A stretch of DNA of 64,000 nt from Methanocaldococcus sp. 28A (lineage in GTDB: Archaea; AGJL01; Methanococci; Methanococcales; Methanocaldococcaceae): assembly GCA_049852185.1 (NCBI GenBank), contig CP187540.1; one strand, given 5' to 3'. This document shows positions 35,344-45,276 of this stretch, piece by piece. Positions within the stretch are counted from its first letter, which is position 1; every line of letters starts with the position of its first letter. The notes under the pieces were generated by a model, which did not search any database, was not told where the DNA came from, and saw nothing but the letters and a program-made list of their open reading frames with translations. The position numbers and the translations under genes are program-made.

Positions 35344-36178
35344 AGTGTGTCTAAAATAGTACTTACATACGATACCTCAGCAACATGATTAAAGAATATA
35401 TACAAACCCAGATAACGATTCGAGTAATAGAAGTCGAAGTTAAGAAAGTATTCAATTTATCTCCGAATCTGTTGGTTAAAGCTCCGAAGAAACCCTTGCA
35501 TATTCCTCTTTTATTATATTCTTTTTTATCGAAGATTTTATCCCTAATTTTAGCACCATAGCTCTTACTACCTCTTTTTGTTTTCTTTATTATTGGCTTG
35601 TAGTTGAATTTAACTATTTTATTTAGAGTATCCTTGTCATCGTATTATTATAAAAATATCCCTCTCCATAAGCAAACTCTAAGTCCGATTTATCTAATCC
35701 TATAGATATTGGAAATAATGTTTTATTTTCTGAATCGTAACGAGTTATAGCATGTATTTTTATCAACTCTCCTGCTTTATTCGAAAACTTTGTTGAGTCG
35801 ATAAATGTCTTCTCATAATCGAGACTTCATAATTTCCTAAGAATTTGATTTATTATCGATATTCTTTTCCCAGTAATGGATTACTGAATGGTCAATTCTA
35901 ACTCCAAAAAACATCTCTGTCAATTTTTCCATCGCTCTTAACGATACCCCTAAAAACCCCTTAACAACAGAACTTTAAGTAATTGTTCGATAGAATATTT
36001 TCTTGGCTTTAATTCCTTAAGTAATATCTCCTATCACGTCATCAAAAACTTCTAATATCTCGTTTATATTATCTATCTTAGAGTTCCATCTTTTCGTTAC
36101 CATATTTTTTTATTTTGTAGTTATATTGATATAAATATATATAAATATATAAATATTACTCGATTTTAGACACACTCC
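35344..36178 (-). mobile_element. Decayed IS (DDE, IS5-like) between tRNA-Cys and glnA
   Basis: 14-bp TIR AGTGTGTCTAAAAT at 35344-35357 and 36164-36177; fragmented frames (SLRAME, IDHSVIHYWEK, FIDSTK, NKRGICKGFFG). Confidence 0.8.
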
Positions 36179-36184
36179 ATTATA

Positions 36185-36224
36185 CCGTAAATTATATATA
36201 TATGGAAGTAGGAAACTTACTTCC
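36185..36224 (+). promoter_or_regulatory. glnA promoter with NrpR-type operator
   Basis: CCGTAAAT-TATATATA followed by GGAA-ACTTAC-TTCC (36211-36224). Confidence 0.85.
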
Positions 36225-36253
36225 AGAATTATTCAATCAAATTACATTGGGGG

Positions 36254-37606
36254 ATGGAAATGAACGTTGAACAAGCAATAGAATACGTAAAAAAGAACAA
36301 TGTTAAGTTCATAAGATTTCAGTTTGTTGACATATTAGGATTCCCAAAGAACGTTGCATATCCTGTTAAAGCTGGAGAAAAGGGAATTGATGAATTAAGA
36401 GATATTTTTGAAAATGGAGTTTGGTTTGATGGTTCATCAATTACTGGTTTTGTAGGTATTGAAGAATCAGATATGTTATTAAAACCAGACTTATCAACAC
36501 TCTCTGTTTTACCATGGAGACCAGAAGAGAAAAGCGTTGCAAGAGTTATCTGTGATGTTTACAAAGATGAGAAAACACCATTTGAAGGAGACCCAAGAAG
36601 CAGATTAAGAGCTATTTTAAATGAGTTAAAAGAAGAAATGAATGGAGAGTTTTTCGTTGGTCCAGAGCCAGAGTTCTTTTTGTTAAAGAGAGACCCACAC
36701 AACCCACACAGATGGATTCCTGCAGATGATGGTGGCTACTTCGATGTTGAGCCATTAGATGACGCTCCGGACATTAGAAGAGATATTGTTTTAGCTTTAG
36801 AAAACTTAGGATTCCATGTTGAAGCATCCCACCACGAAGTAGCTCCAGGACAGCATGAAGTTGATTTCAAATTCGACAACGCTTTAAAAACTGCTGACAG
36901 TGTTGTAACCTTCAAGATGACAATTAAAAACATTGCTAAGAAACATGGCTTAAGAGCTACATTCATGCCAAAACCATTCTTTGGAATGAACGGAAACGGA
37001 ATGCACTGCCACCAGAGTGTTTGGTTTAATGGGGAACCATCATTCTACGACCCAGAAGGGCCATACAATGGATTAAGTGAAACATGTTTAAGCTACATTG
37101 CTGGTATTTTAAGCCACGCTAAGGCATTAGTTGCTGTAACAAACCCAACCGTCAACTCATACAAGAGATTAGTTCCTGGTTATGAAGCTCCAGTAAACAT
37201 TGCGTGGGCTAACAAGAATAGAAGTGCTATCATCAGAGTTCCAGCAGCAAGAGGAAAAGCTACAAGAATCGAGTTTAGAGCCCCAGACCCAACATGCAAC
37301 CCATACTTAGCATTCGCATGTATGTTAGCAGCTGGATTAGATGGAATTAAGAAGAAAATGGAAGCTCCAGAACCTGTTGAAAGAAACATCTTTAGAATGT
37401 CAGAAGAAGAGAAGAAGCAGTTAGGAATTGAGTCAGTTCCTGCAAACTTGGCTGCTGCATTAGACGAGTTAGAATGTGATGAAGTCTTGCAAAAAGCTTT
37501 AGGTAAGCACATCTACGAAAATTACATGGAGATTAAGAGAGCTGAATGGGATGATTTCAGAATATCAGTTACAGACTGGGAGTTAGGCAAATACTTAGTC
37601 TACTAA
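36254..37606 (+). CDS. glnA: Glutamine synthetase type I (start probably 36260)
   Basis: FDGSSI, HHEVAPGQHE, MPKP..GNGMH, NSYKRLVPGYEAP, EFRAPD. Confidence 0.98.
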   Translation: MEMNVEQAIEYVKKNNVKFIRFQFVDILGFPKNVAYPVKAGEKGIDELRDIFENGVWFDGSSITGFVGIEESDMLLKPDLSTLSVLPWRPEEKSVARVICDVYKDEKTPFEGDPRSRLRAILNELKEEMNGEFFVGPEPEFFLLKRDPHNPHRWIPADDGGYFDVEPLDDAPDIRRDIVLALENLGFHVEASHHEVAPGQHEVDFKFDNALKTADSVVTFKMTIKNIAKKHGLRATFMPKPFFGMNGNGMHCHQSVWFNGEPSFYDPEGPYNGLSETCLSYIAGILSHAKALVAVTNPTVNSYKRLVPGYEAPVNIAWANKNRSAIIRVPAARGKATRIEFRAPDPTCNPYLAFACMLAAGLDGIKKKMEAPEPVERNIFRMSEEEKKQLGIESVPANLAAALDELECDEVLQKALGKHIYENYMEIKRAEWDDFRISVTDWELGKYLVY

Positions 37607-37690
37607 ATTCCTAAATTCCCAACTCTATCTTTTTTTATTCAAACAAAATTTTAAAAATTTCAATTATTCAATCTAAAAAAGGATGAGATT

Positions 37691-38389
37691 ATGAAAGCGA
37701 TAACTGTTTTAAGTGGGGGATTAGATTCTACAGTAGCTACATTGATAGCTAAAGATTTAGGTTATGAGATTACGGCAATAACTTTCAATTATGGGCAGAG
37801 AGCTGTTAAAAGAGAGATTAATTCAGCAAAAAAAATTTGTGAGATTTTAGGTATTGAGCATATTGTTGTTGATTTACCTTTTATTAAGCAGTTTAAAAAA
37901 AGCTCTTTAATAACTGAAAAAGAAATTCCTTCACTAAAAATAGAAGAGTTAGATAGTAAAAAAGCTTATGAAACAATGAAAGCTGTATGGGTTCCAGCAA
38001 GGAATTTAATAATGTTTAGTATAGCAAGTGGTTTTGCTGAGGCATTTGATGCAGAAAAAGTATTTATTGGAATAAATAAAGAGGAAGGAGTTACTTTCCC
38101 AGACAACACAATAGAATTTGTTGAGTCATTAAACAAAGCCTTAGAATATGGAACACTAAATAAGGTTAAAATAGAGGCTCCTTTATATGATAAAACAAAA
38201 GAGGAAATTGTTAAAATTGGTCATGAGATAGAGAAAAAGCTTGGCGTAGAGGTTTTGAAGTATAGCTATTCATGTTATAGAGATAATGGAGAGGACTTTT
38301 TACATTGTGGGAAGTGTGAAAGTTGTATGAGAAGGAAAAGAGCTTTTTTAATGGCAGGAGTTGAAGATAAAACAAAATATATTGAATGA
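37691..38389 (+). CDS. queC: 7-cyano-7-deazaguanine synthase
   Basis: SGGLDS, VPARN, SCY..HCGKCESC. Confidence 0.95.
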   Translation: MKAITVLSGGLDSTVATLIAKDLGYEITAITFNYGQRAVKREINSAKKICEILGIEHIVVDLPFIKQFKKSSLITEKEIPSLKIEELDSKKAYETMKAVWVPARNLIMFSIASGFAEAFDAEKVFIGINKEEGVTFPDNTIEFVESLNKALEYGTLNKVKIEAPLYDKTKEEIVKIGHEIEKKLGVEVLKYSYSCYRDNGEDFLHCGKCESCMRRKRAFLMAGVEDKTKYIE

Positions 38390-38403
38390 ATTATTAATTT
38401 TTA

Positions 38404-39480
38404 TTATTCACCTCTTTTTTTCTTTAATTCTACAAGTTTTTTAACTGCATCTAAATTAACATTCTCGTCGTAGGTTATATAACCGTTATAAACTGCTCTC
38501 TTAAAGAACCCTTCTCCCCATTTGTTTCTTATTAAGACAGTTGAATATCCCTCTTCACTACCTACATTACCCACAGAAATATCTGATGTCAAGCCAGTAA
38601 AATCTTTACAAACCTTACATCCCTCTCTCATTGCAAATTCAACATCTTTCAGTTTATATTCGACAACTTCCCCATTAACTAATGTAACCTTCAATTTTCC
38701 TGATTCAATATCCATCTTTTTAATTTCCCATGGTTCTATTCCATCTGTTTTAAGCTTTTTAATCATCTTACTGTAATCATAAGTTTCAAAACAGAATAAA
38801 GCAATTTTTAACCTTATAGCTTCCCTAAATGGCTTTAATAAATCATTATCTGATGATAGTATTTGATAAATTGCATTTATTACACATGGTGTTCCTACAA
38901 CAGCCAATTTTTTTAATTTCTTATCCATAACTGCTGTTTTTAATGCTTTTAATATTGGCCCCTTCCATAGATATTTACTTCCAGCTGCTTTAATAACATC
39001 TTCTTTTGATAATGCTAAGTATGACTCTGGCTCTAATGTCCATTTATCATCAATCATTACAATAGCTCCATCAATTAATCCTTCATCAAATGCATTAGCT
39101 AATATAGCTGTTACAACTCCTCCATTTTGTGCATTTTTTATTTCTATGGATGCCTTTGCCTTTACAGCTTTTAATATATTTCCTAAATCTGTTGGTTTAG
39201 GAACTGATGATTTTTTTATTCTTGGACACGCATCGTAGCAGGCTCCACAAGGGACATCATAAACTACAGTTTTACAAAACTCTGCTGAAATTGGATGCTC
39301 AACAATATCTGCCGGGACTATTATGCAAGAGCATTCATCACATTCAAACTTTACTGGACTTTCCTCTCTAAAATATAGATTATTTACTGGACAGACAGCT
39401 ACACAAGCTCCACAACCGCTACATATATTTGTATCCCAGACTTCCTCTTTTAAATTTTTATATGATTTCATTAATCTCAC
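38404..39480 (-). CDS. FrhB-like F420-binding subunit
   Basis: CSGCGACVAVCP, QNGGVVT, AGSKY, VGTPC, LFC, CKVCKDF..DISVG. Confidence 0.9.
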   Translation of the reverse strand: MRLMKSYKNLKEEVWDTNICSGCGACVAVCPVNNLYFREESPVKFECDECSCIIVPADIVEHPISAEFCKTVVYDVPCGACYDACPRIKKSSVPKPTDLGNILKAVKAKASIEIKNAQNGGVVTAILANAFDEGLIDGAIVMIDDKWTLEPESYLALSKEDVIKAAGSKYLWKGPILKALKTAVMDKKLKKLAVVGTPCVINAIYQILSSDNDLLKPFREAIRLKIALFCFETYDYSKMIKKLKTDGIEPWEIKKMDIESGKLKVTLVNGEVVEYKLKDVEFAMREGCKVCKDFTGLTSDISVGNVGSEEGYSTVLIRNKWGEGFFKRAVYNGYITYDENVNLDAVKKLVELKKKRGE

Positions 39481-39556
39481 CTAAGGCTCATTTTGGTGTT
39501 TCTTCTCCTAATAATTTTAAAAAATTAATAAAAAATTTTGATATATTTACATAAAA

Positions 39557-40342
39557 TTACATTAAGTCAGGAGTATAGAGTTTTCCAAATGGTCTCTTTG
39601 AAATTGGTGCTATTTTTGTCCATTTTGAATTTAACAATTTATTTTTAACATCTTCTGGTAGATTAAACCATTTGCAGAATTCTTCAATATATGGTTTTAT
39701 TTTTTCTAAATCTTCTTGAGTAAATTCTTTTATATCAGCTGCTACACCTAATTGGTCTTTATCTATCTCTCCTCTAATGTAAATAGCTCCTCCATGAATT
39801 CCAGTTCCTATCATTCTTCCCTTAACTTTTCCTAAGTCATTTCCTTTTTCATCAATGTTTAAGACAATTATAATACCTCCAGCCATATATTCTCCTAAGA
39901 AATCCTTAGCTCTTCCACCAATAACAAGAACAGGGACTTTATCTTTATAAGCTTTCATATGTATGCCGCTTCTATAACCAACATCTCCTCTAACAAAAAC
40001 CTTTCCTCCTCTCATTGAATGAGCAGTTACATCTCCACTATTACCATAGATAACTATTGTTCCATCATCCATAGTGTTTCCTGGGGCAAATTCAGCATTT
40101 CCATGAACTATTATTGTAGGACCGCTCATAAACATTCCTAAATCTCCGCCAGGAATTCCGTAAATCTCTATAGTCAAATCCTTCTTCTGTAATCCATTCC
40201 CAATAAATCTTTGCCCTAAAACATTTTTCAATACAATTTTTTTGATATCAGGATTTTCTTTTAAAATTTGGTGTATTTTTTCATTTAACTCCCTATAATG
40301 CATGTCTTTTGCATCTATAACAACCTCTTCCATGTCTTTCAC
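39557..40342 (-). CDS. Glutamate synthase GXGXG beta-helix subunit
   Basis: GQRFIG, DFLGEYMAGG, GIHGG repeats. Confidence 0.9.
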   Translation of the reverse strand: MKDMEEVVIDAKDMHYRELNEKIHQILKENPDIKKIVLKNVLGQRFIGNGLQKKDLTIEIYGIPGGDLGMFMSGPTIIVHGNAEFAPGNTMDDGTIVIYGNSGDVTAHSMRGGKVFVRGDVGYRSGIHMKAYKDKVPVLVIGGRAKDFLGEYMAGGIIIVLNIDEKGNDLGKVKGRMIGTGIHGGAIYIRGEIDKDQLGVAADIKEFTQEDLEKIKPYIEEFCKWFNLPEDVKNKLLNSKWTKIAPISKRPFGKLYTPDLM

Positions 40343-40364
40343 CTTTTAAAAAATTGAAATATTT

Positions 40365-41957
40365 TTACTCTCCAGCAGCTTTTATTCCTAAAACTTCTAA
40401 CTCCTTCTCATTTAATCCAACTCCTCTCAACCTATCTCTGTTTCCTCTTAAGCTTTCAATTGAGTTAATTCCAGCAGCTCCTAAGAGTTCTTTAATTTCA
40501 TGTGTCCATGCTTTAATTAAGTTAGCAACTCTTTGAGCTCCAACTTCTGGGTCTAATCTCTTAACTAACTCTGGTCTTTGTGTAGCTATTCCCCAAGCAC
40601 ACAATCCAGTGTAACATCTTCCACAAACTCTACATCCAAGAGCAACCATTGCAGCAGTTCCAATATAGACAGCATCTGCTCCTAAAGCTATAGCTTTAAA
40701 TACATCTGCTGAACATCTGATTCCTCCACTTGCTATAATACTAATTTCATTTCTCAATCCTTCCTCCCTCAATCTTTGGTCTACAGCTGCAATAGCCATT
40801 TCTATTGGAATTCCTACATGGTCTCTAAATACCTTTGGAGCAGCTCCAGTCCCTCCCTTATATCCATCAATAACAACTGCATCAGCATCACTTGTTGCTA
40901 TTCCAACAGCTATAGCTGGAGCATTATGGACAGCTGCAATTTTAACAAACACTGGCTTTTTCCATCTTGTTGCTTCTTTTAAACTTCTAACTAATTGAGC
41001 TAAATCCTCAATTGAGTAGATATCATGGTGAGGAGCTGGAGAAATAGCATCAGAACCTTCAGGAATCATTCTTGTTGCAGATATTTCAGCAGTAACTTTC
41101 TCTCCAGGCAAGTGTCCTCCAATTCCTGGCTTAGCCCCTTGTCCTATTTTAATCTCTATTGCTACACCTTTCATTAAATATTCTTCATTAACTCCAAATC
41201 TTCCACTAGCAACTTGTGTAATTATGTGGTCAGCATAAAGATAGAGAGCTTTTGGCAACCCTCCTTCACCAGTTCCCATGAATGTTCCACATTCTTTAAC
41301 TGCTTTAGCAAATGATAAGTGAGCGTTTAAAGATAAAGCCCCATAGGACATGTGAGCAATCATTATTGGTGTATCTAACTTTAAGTTTGGGGCTATTTTT
41401 GTTTTTAACTTAGCTTTTTTAATCTTTTTACCATTAATCTCCTCTTCAACGAATTCAAACTCTAATTGCTTTGGTTTTTTACCAATGTATGTTCTCAATT
41501 CCATTGGCTCTCTTAGAGGGTCGATAGATGGATTTGTAACTTGGCAAGCATCTAAAACAATTTTATCAAAATAGATTGGATGGTCTTTAGCATTAGCCAT
41601 TCCACTCAATAAAATACATCCTGTTTTTGCTTGGTTGTAGATATCAGCTCTTGTGTCTATATCCCATAATGGATGGCTTCTCCAAGATACAGCATTTTCT
41701 TTAATTGTTATAGCATCTCTTGGACACATAGCAACACATCTATGACATGCTCCACATCTATTTGAATAACTAATTATTCTATCTCCGTCTCTTCTATGAA
41801 CTCCCCAAGAACACTCTATTGTACATCTTTCACATAGCATACATTTGTTTGGGTCTACCTCTACCTTATACTTTGGTGGAACATAGCTTGGAATCATGTT
41901 TTCACATCCGTATTTTTTTGATATTATTTGTATTTGTTTTATTATTATGTTGAGCAT
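40365..41957 (-). CDS. Glutamate synthase FMN/Fe-S subunit (start probably 41897)
   Basis: Two CxxCxxC, MSYGALS, TGEGG, QVASGRFGV, GQGAKPG, SPAPHHDIYSIEDL. Confidence 0.95.
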   Translation of the reverse strand: MLNIIIKQIQIISKKYGCENMIPSYVPPKYKVEVDPNKCMLCERCTIECSWGVHRRDGDRIISYSNRCGACHRCVAMCPRDAITIKENAVSWRSHPLWDIDTRADIYNQAKTGCILLSGMANAKDHPIYFDKIVLDACQVTNPSIDPLREPMELRTYIGKKPKQLEFEFVEEEINGKKIKKAKLKTKIAPNLKLDTPIMIAHMSYGALSLNAHLSFAKAVKECGTFMGTGEGGLPKALYLYADHIITQVASGRFGVNEEYLMKGVAIEIKIGQGAKPGIGGHLPGEKVTAEISATRMIPEGSDAISPAPHHDIYSIEDLAQLVRSLKEATRWKKPVFVKIAAVHNAPAIAVGIATSDADAVVIDGYKGGTGAAPKVFRDHVGIPIEMAIAAVDQRLREEGLRNEISIIASGGIRCSADVFKAIALGADAVYIGTAAMVALGCRVCGRCYTGLCAWGIATQRPELVKRLDPEVGAQRVANLIKAWTHEIKELLGAAGINSIESLRGNRDRLRGVGLNEKELEVLGIKAAGE

Positions 41958-41960
41958 ATA

Positions 41961-43055
41961 TTATTTCCAAGGTCTTGCAATAACTGGCATTCCAGCATCT
42001 GGCATCCAAACTCTATCTAAATCAGGACAGATTCTTCTTATGGCAGATTCCTCACTTGAAATAAATAGCATATCATCTTTTTCAGCAGCTATTAAAGGTC
42101 TTAACTTAATTCTATCTGTTAAACCAAACATAGTTGTATCTTTTTCAACGTCTCCATTCATGAATAACAAACCATGCGGTGTTCCAGCAGCAATAGCAAA
42201 AGGACCATTTAGCATAGCTCCTCCATAAGTTAATCTTATTGCTGTATGCAATTCTCTCTCTTCCTCTGGCATCTTATCTATCTCATCCCAGAATCTTGGT
42301 GCTAAAGCAGATAATGCATATTCAACAGGGATTTTGTGTTTTCTCATCAATAAATCTAAGATATAGGCAACAACTTCAGTATCAGTCAATAATCTACACT
42401 TATAACCAAACATCTCAACAAATCTCTTGTTTGTTCCATAGCTTGTTATCTCTCCATTATGAACTACACTCCAATTTAATAAATTGAATGGGTGAGCTCC
42501 TCCCCACCATGCCTTTGTGTTTGTTGGGTATCTCGCATGAGCTAACCACATATAACCTTCATATTTATCTATTCTGTAAAATTCAGCAACCTCATTTGGC
42601 CATCCAACAGCTTTAAAAACACCCAAATTCTTACCACTTGAAATGACAAAAGCCCCATCAATCTTATCGTTTATCTCCATAACGATATCTACAACAACAT
42701 CTTCCTCTCTATTAGAGTATTTTTCATCAACTTCATAGAAGTATCTCCAAGGAATATGGACTTTTTCTATAATACCTTCCTCTGTTGGAATTTCCTCATC
42801 TTTAACTATGGTTCCATACTGTTCTAAAACATTTTCAACTTCCACCTTTATTTTTTCAAATTTTGGTGTGTTATCAATTAAAATATGGAAAGCATAGCAA
42901 TCTTTATATTTTGTTGGGTATATTCCATAACCTACATAACCAGAGCCTTTTCCGTTTCCTCTCTCTTTTAAACTATCTAAAGCTAAGGCTATCTTATCCC
43001 CTTTTATCATTCTTTTTTTTCTACTCATAAAACCGATAATACCACACATAAACAA
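41961..43055 (-). CDS. Glutamate synthase class II amidotransferase subunit (start MCGI at 43049)
   Basis: N-terminal Cys, [21 protein letters not shown]. Confidence 0.93.
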   Translation of the reverse strand: MFMCGIIGFMSRKKRMIKGDKIALALDSLKERGNGKGSGYVGYGIYPTKYKDCYAFHILIDNTPKFEKIKVEVENVLEQYGTIVKDEEIPTEEGIIEKVHIPWRYFYEVDEKYSNREEDVVVDIVMEINDKIDGAFVISSGKNLGVFKAVGWPNEVAEFYRIDKYEGYMWLAHARYPTNTKAWWGGAHPFNLLNWSVVHNGEITSYGTNKRFVEMFGYKCRLLTDTEVVAYILDLLMRKHKIPVEYALSALAPRFWDEIDKMPEEERELHTAIRLTYGGAMLNGPFAIAAGTPHGLLFMNGDVEKDTTMFGLTDRIKLRPLIAAEKDDMLFISSEESAIRRICPDLDRVWMPDAGMPVIARPWK

Positions 43056-43209
43056 CCCTCCATAATTAGATATAAAAGAGATAGTTTTTGGATTTTGTAA
43101 ATATTTGTTGATGTTAGTTATATTTAAATAATTATGGTTTGAAAAGTATTTATTATAAATTCCAATATAAAAATCAATATTCTTAATGGCTTTTGTCTTT
43201 CAATAATTT

Positions 43210-43760
43210 TGAATGTCCAAATATATGAATATAAAATAATAAAGATTAATATAAAACGAAAAAAATTTGAAGAGAACTGTTATAACGAATATGGAATTAT
43301 AAAGATACATAATGATAAGAAAGTCTTTTTTGTAATAAGATAAGCTGTTTTTTAGATAGAACCATCAATATAACTTAAAGAACAATAAAACTAGAAGACC
43401 ATGTTATAATCCAAGAGCAATAGCCGCATCCGAACATCATGTCCTCAATAAATGTCGTTGGAAAATATTAAACTAACGGATAGTAGATATGAAATATGAA
43501 TCGGTAAGTAAATAAGAAAAGAAATGAGAAAAAGAAAAATTACAAAAAGCGGAAGGGTTATTGGAAAGCTTACGACCTTAGATATAAGAAATACGAAATA
43601 AAGGAAGATTATGCATTTATTTTGAGTATTATAAATAAGTTAAATCGCTCTCCGGTAGAAAGACGGTAGATTGGTCGAGCTTCAGCTATATCCCATTAAT
43701 GAATATATAACTGTCAAATATTAAAATTTAAGGGACATAGAGACACTCTTCAGCCCAATA
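43210..43760 (+). pseudogene. Possible highly decayed transposase remnant
   Basis: About 550 bp without an ORF; coding-like fragments (RPCYNPRA, YKKRKGYW) broken by stops; no convincing TIR. Confidence 0.3.
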
Positions 43761-43780
43761 TTCAAAAAAAGTATTAAAAT

Positions 43781-44050
43781 TTATGCCAATGAAACTTCTA
43801 CTGTTTCAACGCTCTCAACATCGTCAATCTCTGCTAAAGCATTTTCTATTGGCTCTGTTCCTCCTTCTCTTTCCTCCATTTCAATAACGGTGTATATAGC
43901 GTATAAACCAAAAGCTAATGGCTCATCAAATAATCCCCTTATAACAACATCTTGTTTTTCTAATACCTCTTTAATCTTCTTTTTTAACTCTTCTTTATTA
44001 ACTTCTGGACTTGTAGGCATAATTTTTATTTTTGCTAATACAGTTGCCAT
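43781..44050 (-). CDS. ef1b: Elongation factor 1-beta
   Basis: KIMPTSPE, EPLAFGL. Confidence 0.95.
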   Translation of the reverse strand: MATVLAKIKIMPTSPEVNKEELKKKIKEVLEKQDVVIRGLFDEPLAFGLYAIYTVIEMEEREGGTEPIENALAEIDDVESVETVEVSLA

Positions 44051-44101
44051 TTTCTCACCACATATTATTGAAATTTAGATTTATGGGCCTTCAAATCCAT
44101 A

Positions 44102-44170
44102 TCCATAGGGCTTCGCCCTATTGGTATACCCGGGATGCATCACCTCGCTCCGCTCGGTGATGCCTCTTAG
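44102..44170. repeat. GC-rich double-hairpin palindromic element
   Basis: ATAGGGC-TTC-GCCCTAT and GCATCACC..GGTGATGC. Confidence 0.85.
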
Positions 44171-44213
44171 ATAATAAATAGAATTGGACATTATAAGAAA
44201 TTTATATTAAGTT

Positions 44214-44378
44214 TTATGGGCCTTCAAACCCACATTTTGGACATTTATATGGGTTGTTTAATTTTCTACATTTCTCACATCTTACAATCTCTACTTCTCC
44301 ACAGTTTGGACATGGGAATTTTGTTGATTTCTCTCTTGGTGCAATCTCTGCATTACAGCTTATGCAAATGTATTTCAT
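44214..44378 (-). CDS. Small zinc-ribbon protein (DUF1610-like), absent from the ORF track
   Basis: 54 aa MKYICISC...[18 protein letters not shown]; directly upstream of ef1b. Confidence 0.93.
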   Translation of the reverse strand: MKYICISCNAEIAPREKSTKFPCPNCGEVEIVRCEKCRKLNNPYKCPKCGFEGP

Positions 44379-44496
44379 CTTTCCCACCCAGTAATTTTTA
44401 TATGAAACTTTTAAAAATCATAGAGGGAAACCCTCTATTTCTATACTCCTTGTCCATTAAGTTTTGCCGAATGAAGCGAGGTATAGTCTCTTTTAT

Positions 44497-45147
44497 CTAT
44501 CTTTTATCTATTCCGATAATTTTTGTATATATGTTGTGTTTTCCTTCTAAAATATCTATAACTCTCTCTGGATATTTGCCATTAACAACGTAAGCGTTCA
44601 TTTTAAATTGTTTTAAAAGAATTGGAAAGGTCTCATCTACAGATGTTAAACCTTTAATGTCATTTGCATTAATAATATTTAATAGTTTCCCTTCTGGGAA
44701 TTTATCATATATACCATCAACATTTGTAGCTATTATAACTTCCCTAACATCTAATAACTTTCCTATATATAAACTTAATGAATCTGATGTTATAGCCCAA
44801 GAATGCTCAGCCATATCAGTAGATAGCAAAATTTTTGAAGGTAATATAACAGCAATTTTTTCTTTTTCTATCTCTCTTTTTAAGTCAAATAATGTATCAT
44901 AAGCTTTTATATACCCAATTTCAGCATAGACCTCTCCAATCAAATCCATGCATTTTATAGCAAGCTTATGGGATAAAGAGTTTGAAATTTTTAGATTTTT
45001 ATCTATCTTTCTAACTATATTTGCAAATTCCCCTCCTCCAGGAATAACTAATATTTTTTTATCATTTTCTTTTGCATATTTTTTCAATGCTTTTAATAAT
45101 GGCTCTGCATCATAAGTTAAAGAACCACCAATTTTTATTATATGCAT
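44497..45147 (-). CDS. mfnE: Amino-acid-kinase-family enzyme, probably methanofuran pathway MfnE
   Basis: KIGGS, PGGGEFAN, SWAITSDS, VDGIY. Confidence 0.75.
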   Translation of the reverse strand: MHIIKIGGSLTYDAEPLLKALKKYAKENDKKILVIPGGGEFANIVRKIDKNLKISNSLSHKLAIKCMDLIGEVYAEIGYIKAYDTLFDLKREIEKEKIAVILPSKILLSTDMAEHSWAITSDSLSLYIGKLLDVREVIIATNVDGIYDKFPEGKLLNIINANDIKGLTSVDETFPILLKQFKMNAYVVNGKYPERVIDILEGKHNIYTKIIGIDKR

Positions 45148-45166
45148 TTATCTTCACCAGTAATTA

Positions 45167-45276
45167 TAGTTGTGTGCAAAATAAAATAAACTTTTATAAG
45201 GACAATTTGAATGCCTTCTTTAAGGAAGGCATTCTTTAGTTCCTTATTTTATTTAAGATAGTTTTGCACACAACTA
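45167..45276. repeat. Family A element, full length (110 bp), overlapping a CDS 3' end
   Basis: Perfect 15-bp TIR TAGTTGTGTGCAAAA; TA at 45165-45166 and 45277-45278. Confidence 0.93.

Noticed and set aside
35199-35405. 68-aa ORF
   Set aside because: Reads through tRNA-Cys and an IS end
43429-43440. 12-bp match (TCCGAACATCAT) to the IS end at 2811-2822
   Set aside because: Short, lacks the terminal CAG; may be chance
44182-44213. dif/Xer-like site
   Set aside because: Spacer is 5 rather than 6 bp and one arm is better explained by the duplicated gene end
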